A stretch of 64,000 nt of DNA from the human T2T-CHM13v2.0 reference genome, Homo sapiens, in the NCBI RefSeq assembly GCF_009914755.1, contig NC_060928.1, one strand, 5' to 3'. The position numbers were made by a program, and so were the translations under genes. This document shows, in pieces, positions 14,111 through 29,763 of the stretch. The notes below the pieces were generated by a model. The model saw nothing but the letters and a program-made list of their open reading frames with translations. It was not told the origin of the DNA and searched no databases. Position 1 is the stretch's first letter; each line of letters begins with the position of its first letter.

Positions 14111-15669
14111 CCTTTATAAGCCTTAAGGTACTTTGACAAGTTCAAAAAGCATTCAGGTCAAAAAATATTTTCCAGGTTTTCATATGTTTACTATTACCTC
14201 AGGGATGTTTTATTCTCAAGATGTTTGTCCTTAACATGTTTTTCCTCAGCTCTGAATCTGTAGACAGTGGAATTTGCATTGCCAACAAGTTGGTTGGTAA
14301 TAATCCAAGGGAAATTTATACATTTTATTATTTTGTATTTTCTTCCTTAAGATTATAGAACTTCCACGACTTTTATCTTTCCCTATATCTTCAGTACCTG
14401 ACAGAATTTTTTTTTATATTGTAAGAGGCTGATGTATGAAATTAATGTGGAATTTCATGCCTGATAGCTTACTAATTGGATGCTCAGTAGATTCTAATTT
14501 GTGGGGTTTTTTTCTAAATTGAATAATGTACAGTATATCAATTTTACAACATTAGTTTATGAAGCCTTGACAATAATTTATAAACTTTAATTAACATTGA
14601 TATACACATATTATTGCTATTCTAACAGTAACTAGATATTAAGAATCAAGCTTTTTTATTCGTTAAAGACTTACATCATTTAAAAAATTATATACTCTGG
14701 ACATTTTTTCTATTACAACTAGTTTTTAATGTGCATTCATAGTAAAAGGCATGATTTAGTATATAAAGATAACCAATGTGAACACATCTACTGTTTTCTT
14801 TGTTTTACTACCTGCACTTCGATTCTTTATTATTATGAATTTTTCATCCAGAAGCGTTGATGCATTTTTGGTAAAATTCATCTGTTATTCTTTCCTCAGT
14901 GGGTCATTATCATGAGATTTCATAACATTTTTCATTTGTTCTTCTCGAAATTTTGCATTGTCTTCATTTTTATAAGACTTTATAACTTGCAACATCTCAA
15001 GTGCATAGTATACCAAATTCAGCGTAATGAGAAAACGTAACGGTTTTGACCCTATGAAAGCTCTCCCAACTCTTTGATTTCATATAATATTATCTCTTTC
15101 CCCTACAGCCTTGATGTAAAAAATCTTGTTATTAATGATGGTTAAGTCAGAAATGTATCTCAGAAATTTTGACACTAATGTTAAAAAGTCCACATTCTGG
15201 ACTTTTTTCCCATTAGCCCTCTTTGTGCAAATTTGCAACAGGTATGGTCTACAGAATAATACTGGAAAGAAAAAGTGTCAGGTGCTACACAGAACATAAC
15301 AGGCTCATAGCATTATTTGCTTAATAGAAAAGGTAAAAATGTGGAGGAGTTACTCTTTGAATCATTATAATTGTCTCCACTGTGTCTTCAAGAAACAAGG
15401 TCAATGGGTCACAATGTCAGTATTTAGAAGATGATGGATATATTTTTAACCCTTGCATAGCCACCTAGGCCAATTCCTACTTTGCAGTTGCGTTATATAT
15501 GCAGCCCCATTCCAAAGTAATAGATCCCTTTTCAACTTTTATGTATGGAACTGTGCTTAAAAGTAAGAGAAACCACATGTTGAAAATATTTTATCATTTA
15601 AATTTTATTGAAGTTACTTTATACATATTGAATGTGTTGGGCAAAGTACACACGTCTCCATATATTTCT

Positions 15670-15971
15670 TTTCTTTTTTTTCTTTTTAAACAGGGTCTCA
15701 CTCTATTGCTCAGGTTGGAGTGCAGTGACGCAATCACAGCTCACTGCAGCTTCGACTTCCCAGGCTCAAGTGATTCTCCCACCGCAGCCTCCCTAGTCAC
15801 TGGGACTACCGGTGCCTGCCACCACCCCCAGCTATTTTTTTTTGTCTTTTTAGTAGAGACAGGGTTTTGCCATGTTGCCCAGGCTGGTCTCCAACTCCTT
15901 AGCTCAAGAGATCTGCCTGACTTGGCCTCTCAAAGTGTTGGGATTACAGGCGTAAGCCACCACGCCTGACC
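15670..15971 (-). mobile_element. AluJ
   Basis: AluJ features (atcacagctcactgcagc, ggctcaagtgat), TSD tctccatatatttct. Confidence 0.9.
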
Positions 15972-17545
15972 TCTCCATATATTTCTACATAAGTTAAAAT
16001 TTAGAAAATAAAAATAAGGCAAAGATATCCCTAGATTTCCAGAGGTAAAGACGTTGTAGGAGAGTGAAGGAACTTTCAGGTCTATCGAAGCCTAAAGTGT
16101 TTCATGTTCCTATGTTCCTGCAGTGATTGCTGATGCCAAAGTATTCCTCTTCAAATGAGAGGCTGTGAATTTGTTCTGTTTAATGGTTTCCAAAGCAGTT
16201 GGGAGATGTGACCCTCTAGAGATTTTGAAGGGATTTGATTTTTGATGCCTGAGTACTATTGAGAAAGTTCAGCTATTGAAAGAGTGTATGAGAAAATCTA
16301 TATGGAAGATCAATTTCACAAGTACTTTGTAAAAGCCTCAGACAAGAGTCTCACTTGACACAGAATATAGAAGGTCCATGCCAAAAATTTGTCAACACAC
16401 TCATCTTTTGGACAAAAATATAGATTTGAACTTACAGAGTATGATGTCCTGTCAAAGCACAGATCACTCCACAACTGAGTTCAACAATAAATTCCAAGAG
16501 GCTTGTAAAACCCACTATTGATGTGATTCCTGAACATGAATAAACAGTTTGGCCACAGCTCTGCTAAAATACAAATGTGGATCGTGACATGGGTAATAAA
16601 TTAGTATATGAACTATTCAATACGGGATTATAAACTATTAGGCAAGCACTTATGAATACTCCCTTTCACAAACCATTCCATAATCCATGCAGACAGTTTT
16701 CTGTCAGTCCAAATGGATGCATTTATGAAATAATAGGTATGCCTGGGAGGACCCCTCCAGAGCATTCCTGGTTGCAATGATGCCTGGGTTGTGAGGTTGC
16801 AACGTTTATCAATAGTCCATGTTCTGTAATAACAGGGAAACACCTGGCTATTCTCCAAATGCATAGAAGAGCAAAGCTATATCACCAACTGCAATATGGC
16901 ATTGGTCAGGCAAAAGATATTTGGGTTAATCAAATTTTATGGTTAATACCTGCATGCAAGAAAAGTTTTCAAGGAATTAAAATCCAGTTTATGCAAAAAG
17001 AAATATTGTAACCATGGCTTAATATTTGATCATTTCAAGAGCATTTGGGAAACTTAGCCTCAAGGATATAATTATGAATCTCACTTATTATTTTACTGTA
17101 AATATGTTGATGTGCTGGCTAGTAGAGCTTTTGGTAGATAGCACACTGACATCTGACCTTTGTTTATCTTCTGTTTGGTATTTCAAATCCTTCAAATGTG
17201 AAGGATTTACTTTAAGGATTCGACTTGCTTTTCGAATTAAAAAAAAAATGATATACAATTCCAGTGAGTACATATAAGCAAAGTGCTTCCTAAAGGGTAA
17301 TTGGAATAATTATCCACTAATGACGAAGGGAAAAACATAAGGATTTAAAATGTGTTTCTTCTGATTCTTTCTGATAATCTCCTGATTATTCAACGATTTA
17401 ACCCTGAGACCAGGAAGAAAAGTTACTAAAAATAAATAGCCCAATAAAGAAAGAATGTGTATACCGACCCACAATGGCAAATTGATCCAACCTGTTTTCT
17501 GACCTTTTAAATTATGGCTTGTAATTTTCTATGAGATTTTACATA

Positions 17546-17800
17546 GGCAGCAGCTTGGAGTACTGATTAAAGGGATTCTAGACTCAGAAGACTTGAGTTC
17601 AAATCCCAGATATTCCAGTCACTATTTTTGTGATTCTGGGCAATGTATTAAAGCTCTTCCAGTCTCTGTTTCCTTATTTGAAAAATTGCATAATAACTTT
17701 TCTTCATTATTAGGAACAGTAGATGAATTAATACCATGTGAAACATTTAGAACAGTGCCTGGCATATACTAAGTGTTCAAGAAGCATTAGCTATTACTAA
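17546..17800 (+). mobile_element. MIR
   Basis: gagttcaaatccca..tttagaacagtgcctggcatatactaagtgttcaa. Confidence 0.8.
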
Positions 17801-18175
17801 TATATTTAACATTATGACTATCGAGTATTGATTCTAATGTGGCAATGTCACGCCTGCATCATTCTGCTCCATGCCCTGTGCCTTTGCCCCTGCTATTTTG
17901 TTTGCCTAGGAGGCTGCACTCAGCCACATACCAGCCAAACTACAACTGCATCTTCAAGGTGCAGCTTGCCTAGGGGCATTGAGAAACCACACGCAGGAGA
18001 CATTGAGAAACCACAGGCTTCCTTGCTGGCTCAAAGAAGTAATGAATATGTGTAATGTCCACTAAATTAATTCACTTAAAGATTTGGATCTTAAAACAGG
18101 AATATAATTATTAAATGTCATGGCCTTCATTTTTTAGAATAACAATGACATATTTTAGCTTTTATTTTAATGACT

Positions 18176-18527
18176 TGTCTTAGTTTGTTTAGGCTACTGT
18201 AACAGAATACCCTAGACTGGATGGCTCAAAAGTAACAGAAATGCATTTCTCGTGGTCTTGGAGGCTGGGAAGTTCAAGGTTTAGGCACTAGCAGACTCAG
18301 CGTCTGGTGAGCACTGGCTTCCCAGTTTATAGACTGCTGTCTTCTCACATGGCAGAAGGAGTGAGGGAGCTCTGTTTTGTAAGGGCACTAATCCCCTTCA
18401 CAGGGGCCCACCCTCATGACCTAATCACCTCCCCAAAGCCCTACTTTCTAACACCATCACGTTGTGAGGTCAGGTTTCAACATATGAGTTAGGGGGTGTG
18501 GGGACACAAACATTCTGTCTCTAACAC
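18176..18527 (-). mobile_element. MLT1A-like MaLR LTR
   Basis: tgtcttagtttg..ggaggctgggaagttcaagg..ccctcatgacctaatcacctccc..tctctaaca. Confidence 0.8.
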
Positions 18528-19008
18528 AGGTATTGGGCTACCATTCATTTGCTTTGTTTTATTTTTGAAATTATATAAACACATGAGGAAAAATTCGAAC
18601 ACTAGAGAAGGGTATCGGTGAAAGGAGATCAATTCCTCCTTCATATGTCAACTCCCAATCTGCCTTCCCGGAGACATGCTCTCCATATTCAAGTGTGTAT
18701 GTCTACAACACACACTCTTTCAAACAAACAGGGACTCAGGAAACGTAATATGATTTACCTTATTTTTGTGCTTCAGGAAGTAGGTTAGAATTTTTCCACA
18801 TCAGCAGCACAACTGACCTACCTCAGTTTGTTAACAGCTGCATGACTCTACCCGTGAGGAACCAAGTTGCTGAGTGAAGTTCCCCCAGCCAGGAAGGTCC
18901 GGGAAGGCGTGCCCAGCACCCCGCCTGCTTTGTTCAGGAACAGACAGCAGCTCTTTCTCTGCTCACGGTGCAGGGCAAAGCAAATCAAACAGGAGGGCAT
19001 GGCTCTAA

Positions 19009-19411
<403 letters not shown>

Positions 19412-19619
19412 TAACATGTAGTTTAATATATAATGTAAAGACAGTTTCAGCTACATGCTGTATGAATGAACCAAAAACTTTCTTGAGTATGAAATTGAAA
19501 TTGAAATTGAGAGTGCATGTAGCCTTATTTTTGGTGAGTAGTTGGATTTTTGTTTCCTGATTACAAAATATGGCAGAAAATTTGAACATATGAAAAGCAA
19601 AAGCAAAGAAAGTGTTAAA

Positions 19620-20450
19620 GATTATTCGTAATTTCACCAGCAGGATAATCAATCAGTAGTAACCTTTCACAAATTTTCTGTACATTATTACTTTATAAAT
19701 CACTGCTTCACTTAGTAGAACTTTACACTCTATGACACTAGTTTCCTTGTTTTCTTTTGAACAACATGATTTTTACATTCTAGATATGTGCTGTGATTTA
19801 CTTAGGCATTTTACATATAACTAATTTATGAAACTTAATGTTGGACTTCCTATTATTAATTTATGCTATGGATAACACTGATGTGAGCGTGCATCTTCTG
19901 TTATTCTCAGATAAATCCCTTAAAATATTTTCCTAAAAGTAGAATTTCCTGTTCAAAGAGTATGAACAACACTGTTATGCCTTTTGATACATGTTTTCGG
20001 ATAACCATCTGGGAAGATAACAATTTAACCTCCAACTCGCAGGATGGGAGAATATACACATTCCCCTGGATCCTTGCGAATTGTGGGTGTTTTCTTTTCT
20101 TTTTTAATTTTGTCTAATTCATATCAGGTTTTAATTTTGTGACGTTGATCACTTTTATATTTTGCTAGGATGAGGAATGCATTTATCATTTTTACGGATT
20201 AAGAGTACTTTATGTTGTGTATTAACAAACATTTGTCTATCATATATTTCAAATATTTTTCCCAGTTTTATGTTACTTAATTAGTTTCTTTGTTTTGATA
20301 TGCAGATACTTAAATTTATTTGTAGTCAAATATAGAAACCTTATCTATTACGTTTTTTTTTACGTTGTCTTCATGTTTAAAAATTTTTCTTACTTCCAGG
20401 TTTTTAGCTTTAAATTTTCATATACATACAGATAGATCAACATTCATTTT
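19620..20450 (-). mobile_element. Old L1M(E) fragment; probably resumes at ~21760-22130
   Basis: ttcctaaaagtagaatttcctgttcaaagagtatg..caatttaacctccaac. Confidence 0.55.
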
Positions 20451-20808
20451 AATTTCTTTTAATTTCATCTTTCCCAGTTATCACTTTAATGTACTATATC
20501 AGCTAAGGAATAAAATACATTGGTATAAGACAAAACTCCCAAAGCACAGTTGTTCAAAAGTATGCTATAAAAATTAATTCTCTCACACATAATATTCTAG
20601 ATGTGGGCCAGTTGTCTAAAACAGCAAGCAATTTGGTATATGTAGTCTTCCAGGGACCCATGTATTTTCCATCATGTTGCTTCTCTATTTTAGTTTTTTT
20701 TCTTTTGCCCTTATCTTCAGAATCAAAGCTGGCTCACCAGCAAAATAGCCACTTTCCAGCCTGTGATGGCAGGAAAAGGAGAACAGAGAACAAATAGATT
20801 CTTCTTAA

Positions 20809-21103
20809 TTTTTTTTTTTTTTTGAGATGGAGTTTCATTCTTGTCACCCAGGCTAGAGCAGTGCCGCGATCTCAGCTCACTGCAACCTCTGCCTCCTGGG
20901 TTCAAGTGATTCTCCTGCCTCAGCCTCCCAAGTAGCTGGGATTACAAGTGCCCATCACCATGCCTGGCTAATTTTGGTATTTTTAGTATAGGCGGGGTTT
21001 CACCATGTTGGCCAGGCTGGTCTCGAATTTCTGACATCAGGTGATTAGCCCGCCTGGGCCTCCCAAAGTGCTGGGATTACAGGAGTGAGCCACCGTGCCG
21101 GGC
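20809..21103 (-). mobile_element. AluS
   Basis: Full reverse Alu, TSD cttctta. Confidence 0.92.
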
Positions 21104-21204
21104 CCTTCTTAGGGCCACTGGGGAGTTGCGTACGATACTTTTGCTAATGTTCTTTGGACTGGGACTTCATCATATGACCGCAACTAGCTGCAATGGCACC
21201 TGGG

Positions 21205-21675
21205 TGCATTCGTTTGCTAGGGCTGCCTTAACAAAGTACCACACACGGGGAGGGTGGCTTAAACAGCAGAAACTCATTGCCTCACAGTTTTGGGGAGTAG
21301 AAGTCTGAGATCAAGGTGTCGTCAGCAGGGCTGGTTCCTTCCAGGGCTGTAAGGAAGAAGCTGTTCCCAGTCCCTCCTCAGCTTCTGGAGTTCTGCTGGC
21401 AATCTTCACCATTTCTCGGCTTGTAGAAGCCTCACTCTGATCTCTGGCTTCATCTGTACTAGGTTTTCTCACTATGTGTGTTTCTCTGTGCCCAAGTTTC
21501 CCCTTTAAAAAGGGACACCAGGCATTTTGGATTGGGGCCCACCTTAATGACCTTATCTTGACGTAACTAATGATATCTTCAATTATTCTACTTTCAAATA
21601 AGTTCATATTCTGAGATATTGCTATTGAACATCAGCAAATAAATGGGGATGAAGAGAGGAGTAATTCAACCTGAA
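21205..21675 (-). mobile_element. MLT1C/D-like MaLR LTR
   Basis: gctagggctgccttaacaaagtaccaca..aagtctgagatcaaggtgtc..ggattggggcccacc. Confidence 0.75.
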
Positions 21676-22138
21676 AAACCTTGGAAGATAGTCTTTACCT
21701 TAGCAAAAGAAAGGATGTGGGACTTTGGAACTGAAAGCCAACTATCGGTCTCATTTATCTTGAATTTATTTTAATCCTGAATTTGAGATGCAGACATACA
21801 TTCATTTTTATTCAACTTTTAAAACCAATTTTCCACTGTCATTTAATAACCCCAAATTGTCTCACTATTTAAAATGACATATTTCCTGTGTTCAAAATAA
21901 GGCCCATGCTCTTAAACCCCAAGTGAGATATGTGTAGCATGCTGAACCATACTGTAACCATACAATAGCTCATACAATCTAACCATACAGTAGACCAACA
22001 GGGTCTATTTACTCCCTGTATTTTCTATCATATTTCATTGATCTTGTCTAACATTCATTGGAATCACATAATATTTGTGTATTATAACTTCAGTGAGAAA
22101 ATAATTGTAACTTCTCCATAGAGAAAATGAAAATGATG

Positions 22139-22385
<247 letters not shown>

Positions 22386-22419
22386 TAGGATAGGACTGAG
22401 TCATTCATTATAGTATTAG

Positions 22420-22620
22420 CGACACACATATTCAGTGGTTACTAAACACACGACTAACTTATGAAGCGGGCACTGTTTTTTGCCTATTTAAGGAATGAGG
22501 ATAATGAGGCACAGAGAGCTTGAGTGACTTGCCCAGAGTTGCAGAACTATTAAACAAGGGGCAGAGCATGGATTGAAATCCAGGTGCATCCAACTCAGGA
22601 CCTAAGCTCTTAAACGCCAT
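22420..22620 (-). mobile_element. MIR
   Basis: gaatgaggataatgaggcacagagagcttgagtgacttgccca. Confidence 0.75.
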
Positions 22621-25600
22621 GGAATAAGCCCCATGTCCAGTGCACTCAACTCTAAAATGACACCAACTGTACCTATGTACAAGCTCGCCATTAAACAGTG
22701 TGTATGGAACTTACAACCCAGTGTCTTACATGAAAAGGGGTCTTCGTCAAAACATCCTCCTTCCTCCTCCCCCATCTGTCTCAGTGGACAGAGCAATTCT
22801 CTGCCGTGAAAGTGTAGAATGTTACTGAAAGAGTTCATAGTTAAACCCAGTCAATCACTATCTCTGACCTCCCATAATTTGCAAAATATTTTTGTATCCT
22901 TAACGAAGTCATCCATTTACATAAGCCGCAGTATCCTGCTGTGTGAGTCACTGGCATTAGGCAGTTTCACCTTTAAAGTATTAATGAATCTCCACTTTTT
23001 TTCTCTGTGATATCTCAGTGGGCAGCTTTGTGGCTTTCTGATCAAACTGTTCTCTCATTGAAGGAGCCAGCATGGAATTCATCAATATGTGTCTGGTCGA
23101 ATGTGAGATCCTTTTATCCGAGGACCTCCAAATCCCCAGATATTACCGCAATTGTATATATCAAGTTAATATTTCAGTTTGCTTATTTATTTGTGAATAT
23201 GTCACTTTGTAACAAGATAATTTACAGCCCGTTTAAACTGTTCTCAACTGCAGCTTTCTGACATAGTTGATTTTTGTTACAGTCAAATAATTCCCTGAGT
23301 TAAAGACTGCTCTTTCTCCCTCAAACTGTCCCATGACCTTCATCAGAGGGCAAACTGCAGGATAGGAGAGTACAGGCAACGAGGACTAATACTCTTCTCT
23401 CCATTAGACCAGAACACTGCATAATTTCAACCTACCATTAATGATCAAAGTTACATGGACGTATTTAAACTCAGGTATTATGAAGAAACATACTTAGAGA
23501 ATAAATTTTACTGGATGGTTACAATATTGCCAGATACTATGCTTAGTCTTAGAGATACATCAATCAGCAAAACAATTCTTGCCAAAAAAGTAAATCTTAG
23601 AAGGTGGGAAACGGGTACATAAAGTGATTAGTGTATAAGAAGTGCAATGGCGAAGTATGTGCAGAATATTACAGGGATGCGGACGAGGGCACGCAGCAAA
23701 GTCAAAAGCTGAAGGGTGAGTATCAGGGTGGCTCCCTGTAGAGAGAAACAGCTGAGCTAAATCTTAAAGAATGCATGTACTAGGTGTACACTTTATATAT
23801 AATATCTTATTGAAGGTATTATCATGTTTGTGATTTTATTTCTATGTTAGCTAGAATGATTTCATGCTAGAGAATTATATTAGAAAAGTAGATTGCAATT
23901 AATCAATTTATTTTCTTACAAAAATCCATGATGTTAGTGCATATTAATACAAGGGAAAATCCTATGATTTATGGAAAGGAAGAATTACTGAAACCATTAA
24001 TAAAGTTTAGACAGGTCCAGAATGATAAAGTGCGGAAGTAATCACAAAATGTTTGTTGAATTAGTTAATTTAAAGTGAGACAGAAATTAATCACATACAC
24101 ATTGTTCTAAGTTGGAAAAAAAGGAGATAGAAACCACATACTACTACATGCAGAATACAGCAGAGTCCAACTATTTCCACAAAAACCTAGTTTCCCCCAA
24201 AGAGGTTTATAGATGTTTGGCGAAGAAAAAAAAAATGTTTTGTATTAAAATAATTTGGGGAAATATAAGCTTAAATAAAATTAGAAAGAGCTGCTTCTTT
24301 TGCAAGATTTTTTAGAACTTTTAGTATACTAAGCAATATCTCCCTGAAATTGTTGATCAGGAAATTGTTGCTTTCTCCAGAACACTTACTAATATGCAAT
24401 CAAACTAGTGTTTCAGAAAAACTGTTTGAGAGATACTGACATGAGAATTTCAGGAGAAATTTTGGGAAAGGGAACTAGACCTTTGCCAATGAACTCAATG
24501 TCTTCTAAATACATGTTTGGAAAAATAAAAATCTTTATTACTAAGCTGAATCTCAATCTTGGGCTTCTATTCTGCTTGATTGAAGAGCTCTCTCTGTAAT
24601 CAATGACAGGTAAGCTTGATTTCAGGATATAATACCATCAGTTTGAGATTTTCCTCTTTCCCACCCTTCTCAGAGGGGCATCAAAGTGCTGGTGAGCTTC
24701 TGCAGGATCTCGTAGCATTGGGATAGCACATATGGTTCTCATCTGGTAACTGTCCATGCAGCGACCAGCTGTGGTTTACACAGGCCCGTCTGGTTTTCAG
24801 CTGTTGTTATTCTTCTCTGAGATGTCTGCCTCTGCATCTGGCTCTCCAGCCGTGTGTTCACACTACATCCACCACAATGTCACCTCCTTTTGATTAAGTG
24901 ACTACTTCAGGTCAGCCAACTCTCTCTTAGCTAATTTCTGTGCTTTACTCAAACTGTGGAAGAATTAGGCTGCTTCGCCACATCACTCTATGTCCATGAG
25001 AAGCTCGGCGAAGCTGCCTAAGACCAGCCCTGCCTCTAATAGTGCTTGGATGCCAACAGGTACCAGGAATTGTCTGTGAAGATGCCATCTTCCGAGACTC
25101 CAAATAGGGTTCTGGCCTCCCAGAGCTTACCTGGGCATGAAGTCATTCCACCCTCTTAAAGAAAAGCTAGGTGGTAGTGGGGTTGGAATATGAGGGATTC
25201 GTGCAAATGATCCCGCTTTAGACACCATACTCTGATCAATAAGAGTAGAAATATACTCAGTGAATTTTAATAGGTATTATCAAAGCCTGTGGGCAAAGTG
25301 GAGCATACCTAAAAGCCTATCTCTTCATCATCACCTTTAAGGATCACCCCATCACCTTCAGGAACCTTTCATTATAACTCCTTTTAAGTTCTGCGCCCTT
25401 AGTAAATTCTAAAGATTTAATTTATAATTCGTAAAATGACTTTTCCAAAAATATTTGCATATATTCTGTTCGTGTCTCTTGCAAATGTAGAAACTTTATC
25501 TTGACTTAGATACTTTTAGCAAAAATGTGAAGCCTAATTAGCACTATAACACTAACATAAATTATTAACTCTAACATAAATTATTTAATTACCACATCAG

Positions 25601-26059
25601 GCAGACACCTTCAAATGGATAACCTTGTAACTAAGCAATACTAACTTTCCTCATAGACAGTTTCTACCAAAACACCAAAAGTGATTTTAAAAAAGAAAAT
25701 TCTGACCTTAGGGCTAAATAAACATGTTGAGGTGACTTCCTTTGTTTCTCAAACTGTATCTCTTTATTTAAGATTAAGAATAAAGCAGAAAAATCACAGT
25801 ATGTGTATCTTCATGAACTAGAAGTTGATAACAAGTTCTTTTTTACTCTTTTATAGAGTAAAAGGAAACTGATATGTTGTGTATGTGTGTGACACATGAG
25901 GTCTTTCTACATATAATATTGGATTTAGATAAATACTATTACTGCTTACCGTACAGTTAAGGAGACTGAGGATCTGAAAGGCGAAATAATTAGTCCAGGG
26001 TTATAAAACTATGAAGTTGTGGAGCTCATATCTTCATCTTCTGTTGACAAAGCCCATAG

Positions 26060-26614
<555 letters not shown>

Positions 26615-27176
26615 CGCCAACTATGTCTTTTACTGCTACCATCTTGGGGTCCACGTATCCTCATGCTTCCTCTTGCCATTGCAGACCCTGTGTGACCCAC
26701 CCCAACCCCAAGCAAACTCCTCAGGGAAATCTGGTACCTAGGACCTTTATTCCCCCTGGAACTGTCTTGTGCTGACCTATTTCTTTCTCAGGCAATAGAG
26801 TCCTCGCAGAAAATCTGATACTTTATTCAGCACTTTGGAGTAGCTGGCTTAATAGACTGTCCCACACCAACAAACAGATCCCACTTCCCTAATCCTTTCC
26901 AAGCTCCCACAGATCTTGCCACTCCCAAGAGCAGGCTCGTCACTCCTGTGACACAAAGGGCACACATAGGTCATGCCAAGGCACCTATAAAGTTGTAATC
27001 CTTTGGAGGATTAGAGGAATGAGAGACTTCCACTCCCCAAGGGTAGGGATTATTGTCTGTTCTGTTACGTGTGTATCCCAAAAGCCTAGAACAGTACCTG
27101 GAACAGAGTTGGCACTTAAAAACTTAATATTTATTGAATGCAGAGTAATAGCAAGGAGAAAAGTAATAAAAGGTTT

Positions 27177-27306
27177 TTGCCAGTGCAGTGGCTCATGCCT
27201 ATAATCCCAGCACTTTGGGAGGCCTAGGTGGGACCATCACTTGAGCCCAGGAGTTCAAGACCAGCCTGGACCACATAGTGAGGCCCCCGTCTCTAAAATA
27301 AAAAAC
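27177..27306 (+). mobile_element. FLAM / Alu left monomer
   Basis: Monomer only (cacttgagcccaggagttcaagaccagcctgg) followed by an A-rich tail. Confidence 0.85.
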
Positions 27307-27856
27307 AGCAACAACAAATGTGAGGTCTCCCTGCTGCCCTGCTCTTTCTTATTGTGTCTGGTCCTCCGAGGTGAGAACATGGTGTGCCTATAGTTCACCA
27401 CGTCCTTGTTTAAGCTTCTCGTTGATTTCAAGTGGACTATTTGACCACGATAAGCCTGGAAATTAAAATCTGACTTATTTATATTCTAAATCCTGTTACT
27501 ATTATACTGCAAGTTGTTGAAAGTGTTGTGCCTTTGTGTGTACATTTTTATTTCCATAAGTGGATAGAATAGAATGTAAGGATTGTAGAATCTCTGTCAT
27601 GGTAAGGTTCAGCCCATTTTCTAACTCATTTTCCAGCCTGGGGTTGTTTCCCCTTTTTGCACTGGATTTCTGTCTTGCATGCTAGAATTTACCTGGGTTC
27701 TCACTGATGAATACACAACCAGTTAAGAATCTGAAAGGTGTACTAACCCTGTAAAAGTTGTATAGGCCCTAAGGTGTAGGCCTTTTGACATTTTCTGTGG
27801 TGTGTGATTTAGCCAGCCAATGAAATAATTTCTGGTCTCAGGATAGTTTTTCATCC

Positions 27857-27873
27857 TGCCACTAGATGTCAGG
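27857..27873 (+). promoter_or_regulatory. Candidate CTCF motif
   Basis: TGCCACTAGATGTCAG, one mismatch from CCACTAGATGGCAG. Confidence 0.4.
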
Positions 27874-28107
27874 AACAATAAGAGTCAGCTTGTATCTATG
27901 TTACAGAAAAGAACCAGGCTCCAGAACTGTTTTCGTATCTTTCTCAGGACTGACATTTGTGTATTTGATAAATACTTACTGAGTACCTACTATGTGTCAG
28001 CCACAGTTTTAGACATTCAGGAAGAATCAGGACACAAAACAGACAGTAACGGACCTAACTAAGAAAAAGAGACTTTGTAGAGTTAGGAGGTGTGTGCAGG
28101 TAAAAGA

Positions 28108-28628
<521 letters not shown>

Positions 28629-28629
28629 C

Positions 28630-28781
28630 GACAAAGAAAAGAAACAAAATGAACGAAGGAAAGAAAGAAAGAAAAGAGAGAGAGAAAAAAAAGAAAGGAA
28701 AAGAGAGAAAAAGAAAGAAAAAGAGAGGAAGGAAGAAAGAGAAAGAAAGAAAGGAAAGAAAGAGAGAGAGAGAAAGAAGGA

Positions 28782-28812
<31 letters not shown>
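28630..28812. repeat. GA-rich polypurine tract plus (AAGC)n
   Basis: Direct reading; derived from the AluJ tail. Confidence 0.9.
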
Positions 28813-28813
<1 letters not shown>

Positions 28814-28878
28814 TTCTGGTAGGCAGCGGAGTAGGTAAAGGCAGAGAAGCTTCCTAAGGGGAATGCCAACAGGATTGG

Positions 28879-29300
28879 TGTGAGTTGGGGTCCTCTCTGA
28901 GGCACACAAGACACAATTCGATCTGCAAGACATTTACTGGAGGCAACACCTGTGAAGGGAAAAGGGGATGGAGCGAGAGAAGGTGGTGAAAGCGCTCAAG
29001 CCTCCGTGAAGTTCTGACCCTGTGAAATGGGGGAAGGCAGGAGCACTGGCAGTGGGGAAGAAGTGTCTTACTGTTCAGTGTAGATCTGACGTCCAGGCTG
29101 ATGGGAGACACTGAGCCAACGTGGCCAGCTGAGGTATCTGTCTTTTAGGAATGGACCTACATTTGTCCTCTGCTGTGCCATCGGGAGTGTTCTGTGGATT
29201 TATGGTCCCCCTGGGAAGGAGACAGTGGATTGAGAAAGGAAGTAGCCGGTGCTGTTCCTCAATTGTGTTCGCCACTGTGGGATATCTGAGTAGTGCATTT
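28879..29300. mobile_element. ERVL-class LTR (LTR16-like)
   Basis: gagttggggtcctc..tgcaagacatttactggagg..acctgtgaaggg. Confidence 0.45.
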
Positions 29301-29461
29301 CTTAGTGTCTTCGGAATTCGAGGAAGCTGGAGGCGGGAAAGTAGAAAGGAAAGGGACAGAAGAGCAACTACATCCGTTTCCTAGATAAACTATTGCTGGG
29401 TCCGTGAACAGTAACAGTGGCCATTCATAAAATGCTATTGATTGTTTTAATTATTTTATTT

Positions 29462-29763
29462 TATCTTATATATATTTTTAAAGACAGGGTCTCACTCTGT
29501 TGCCCAGGCTGGAGTGCAGTGATGCGATCATAGTTCACTATAACCTTGAACTCCTGTGCTCAAATGATTCTCCCTCTTCAGTCTCCTGAGTAGCTGGGAC
29601 TACAGGTAGTTGCCACCACAGCCAGGTAATTTAGAAAAAACTTTTTAGAAACTAGGTCTCTCCATATTGCCCAGGCTGGTCTTGAATTCCTGGGCTGAAG
29701 AGATACTCCTGCCTCAGCCTTCCAAAGCACTGGGATTACAGGTGTGAGCCACCGTGCCTGGCC
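29462..29763 (-). mobile_element. AluJ
   Basis: Reverse AluJ, TSD tgttttaattatttta. Confidence 0.9.

Noticed and set aside
15499-15969. Longest ORF (156 aa)
   Set aside because: The C-terminal portion is antisense AluJ translation; no recognisable domain
16050-16620. Possible CR1/L3 remnant or pseudogene
   Set aside because: Only a short L3-like motif (ctgaacatgaataaacag) is visible; too weak to call
17977-18015. cattgagaaaccaca repeated twice
   Set aside because: Two-copy micro-duplication, not an array; CRISPR is not applicable
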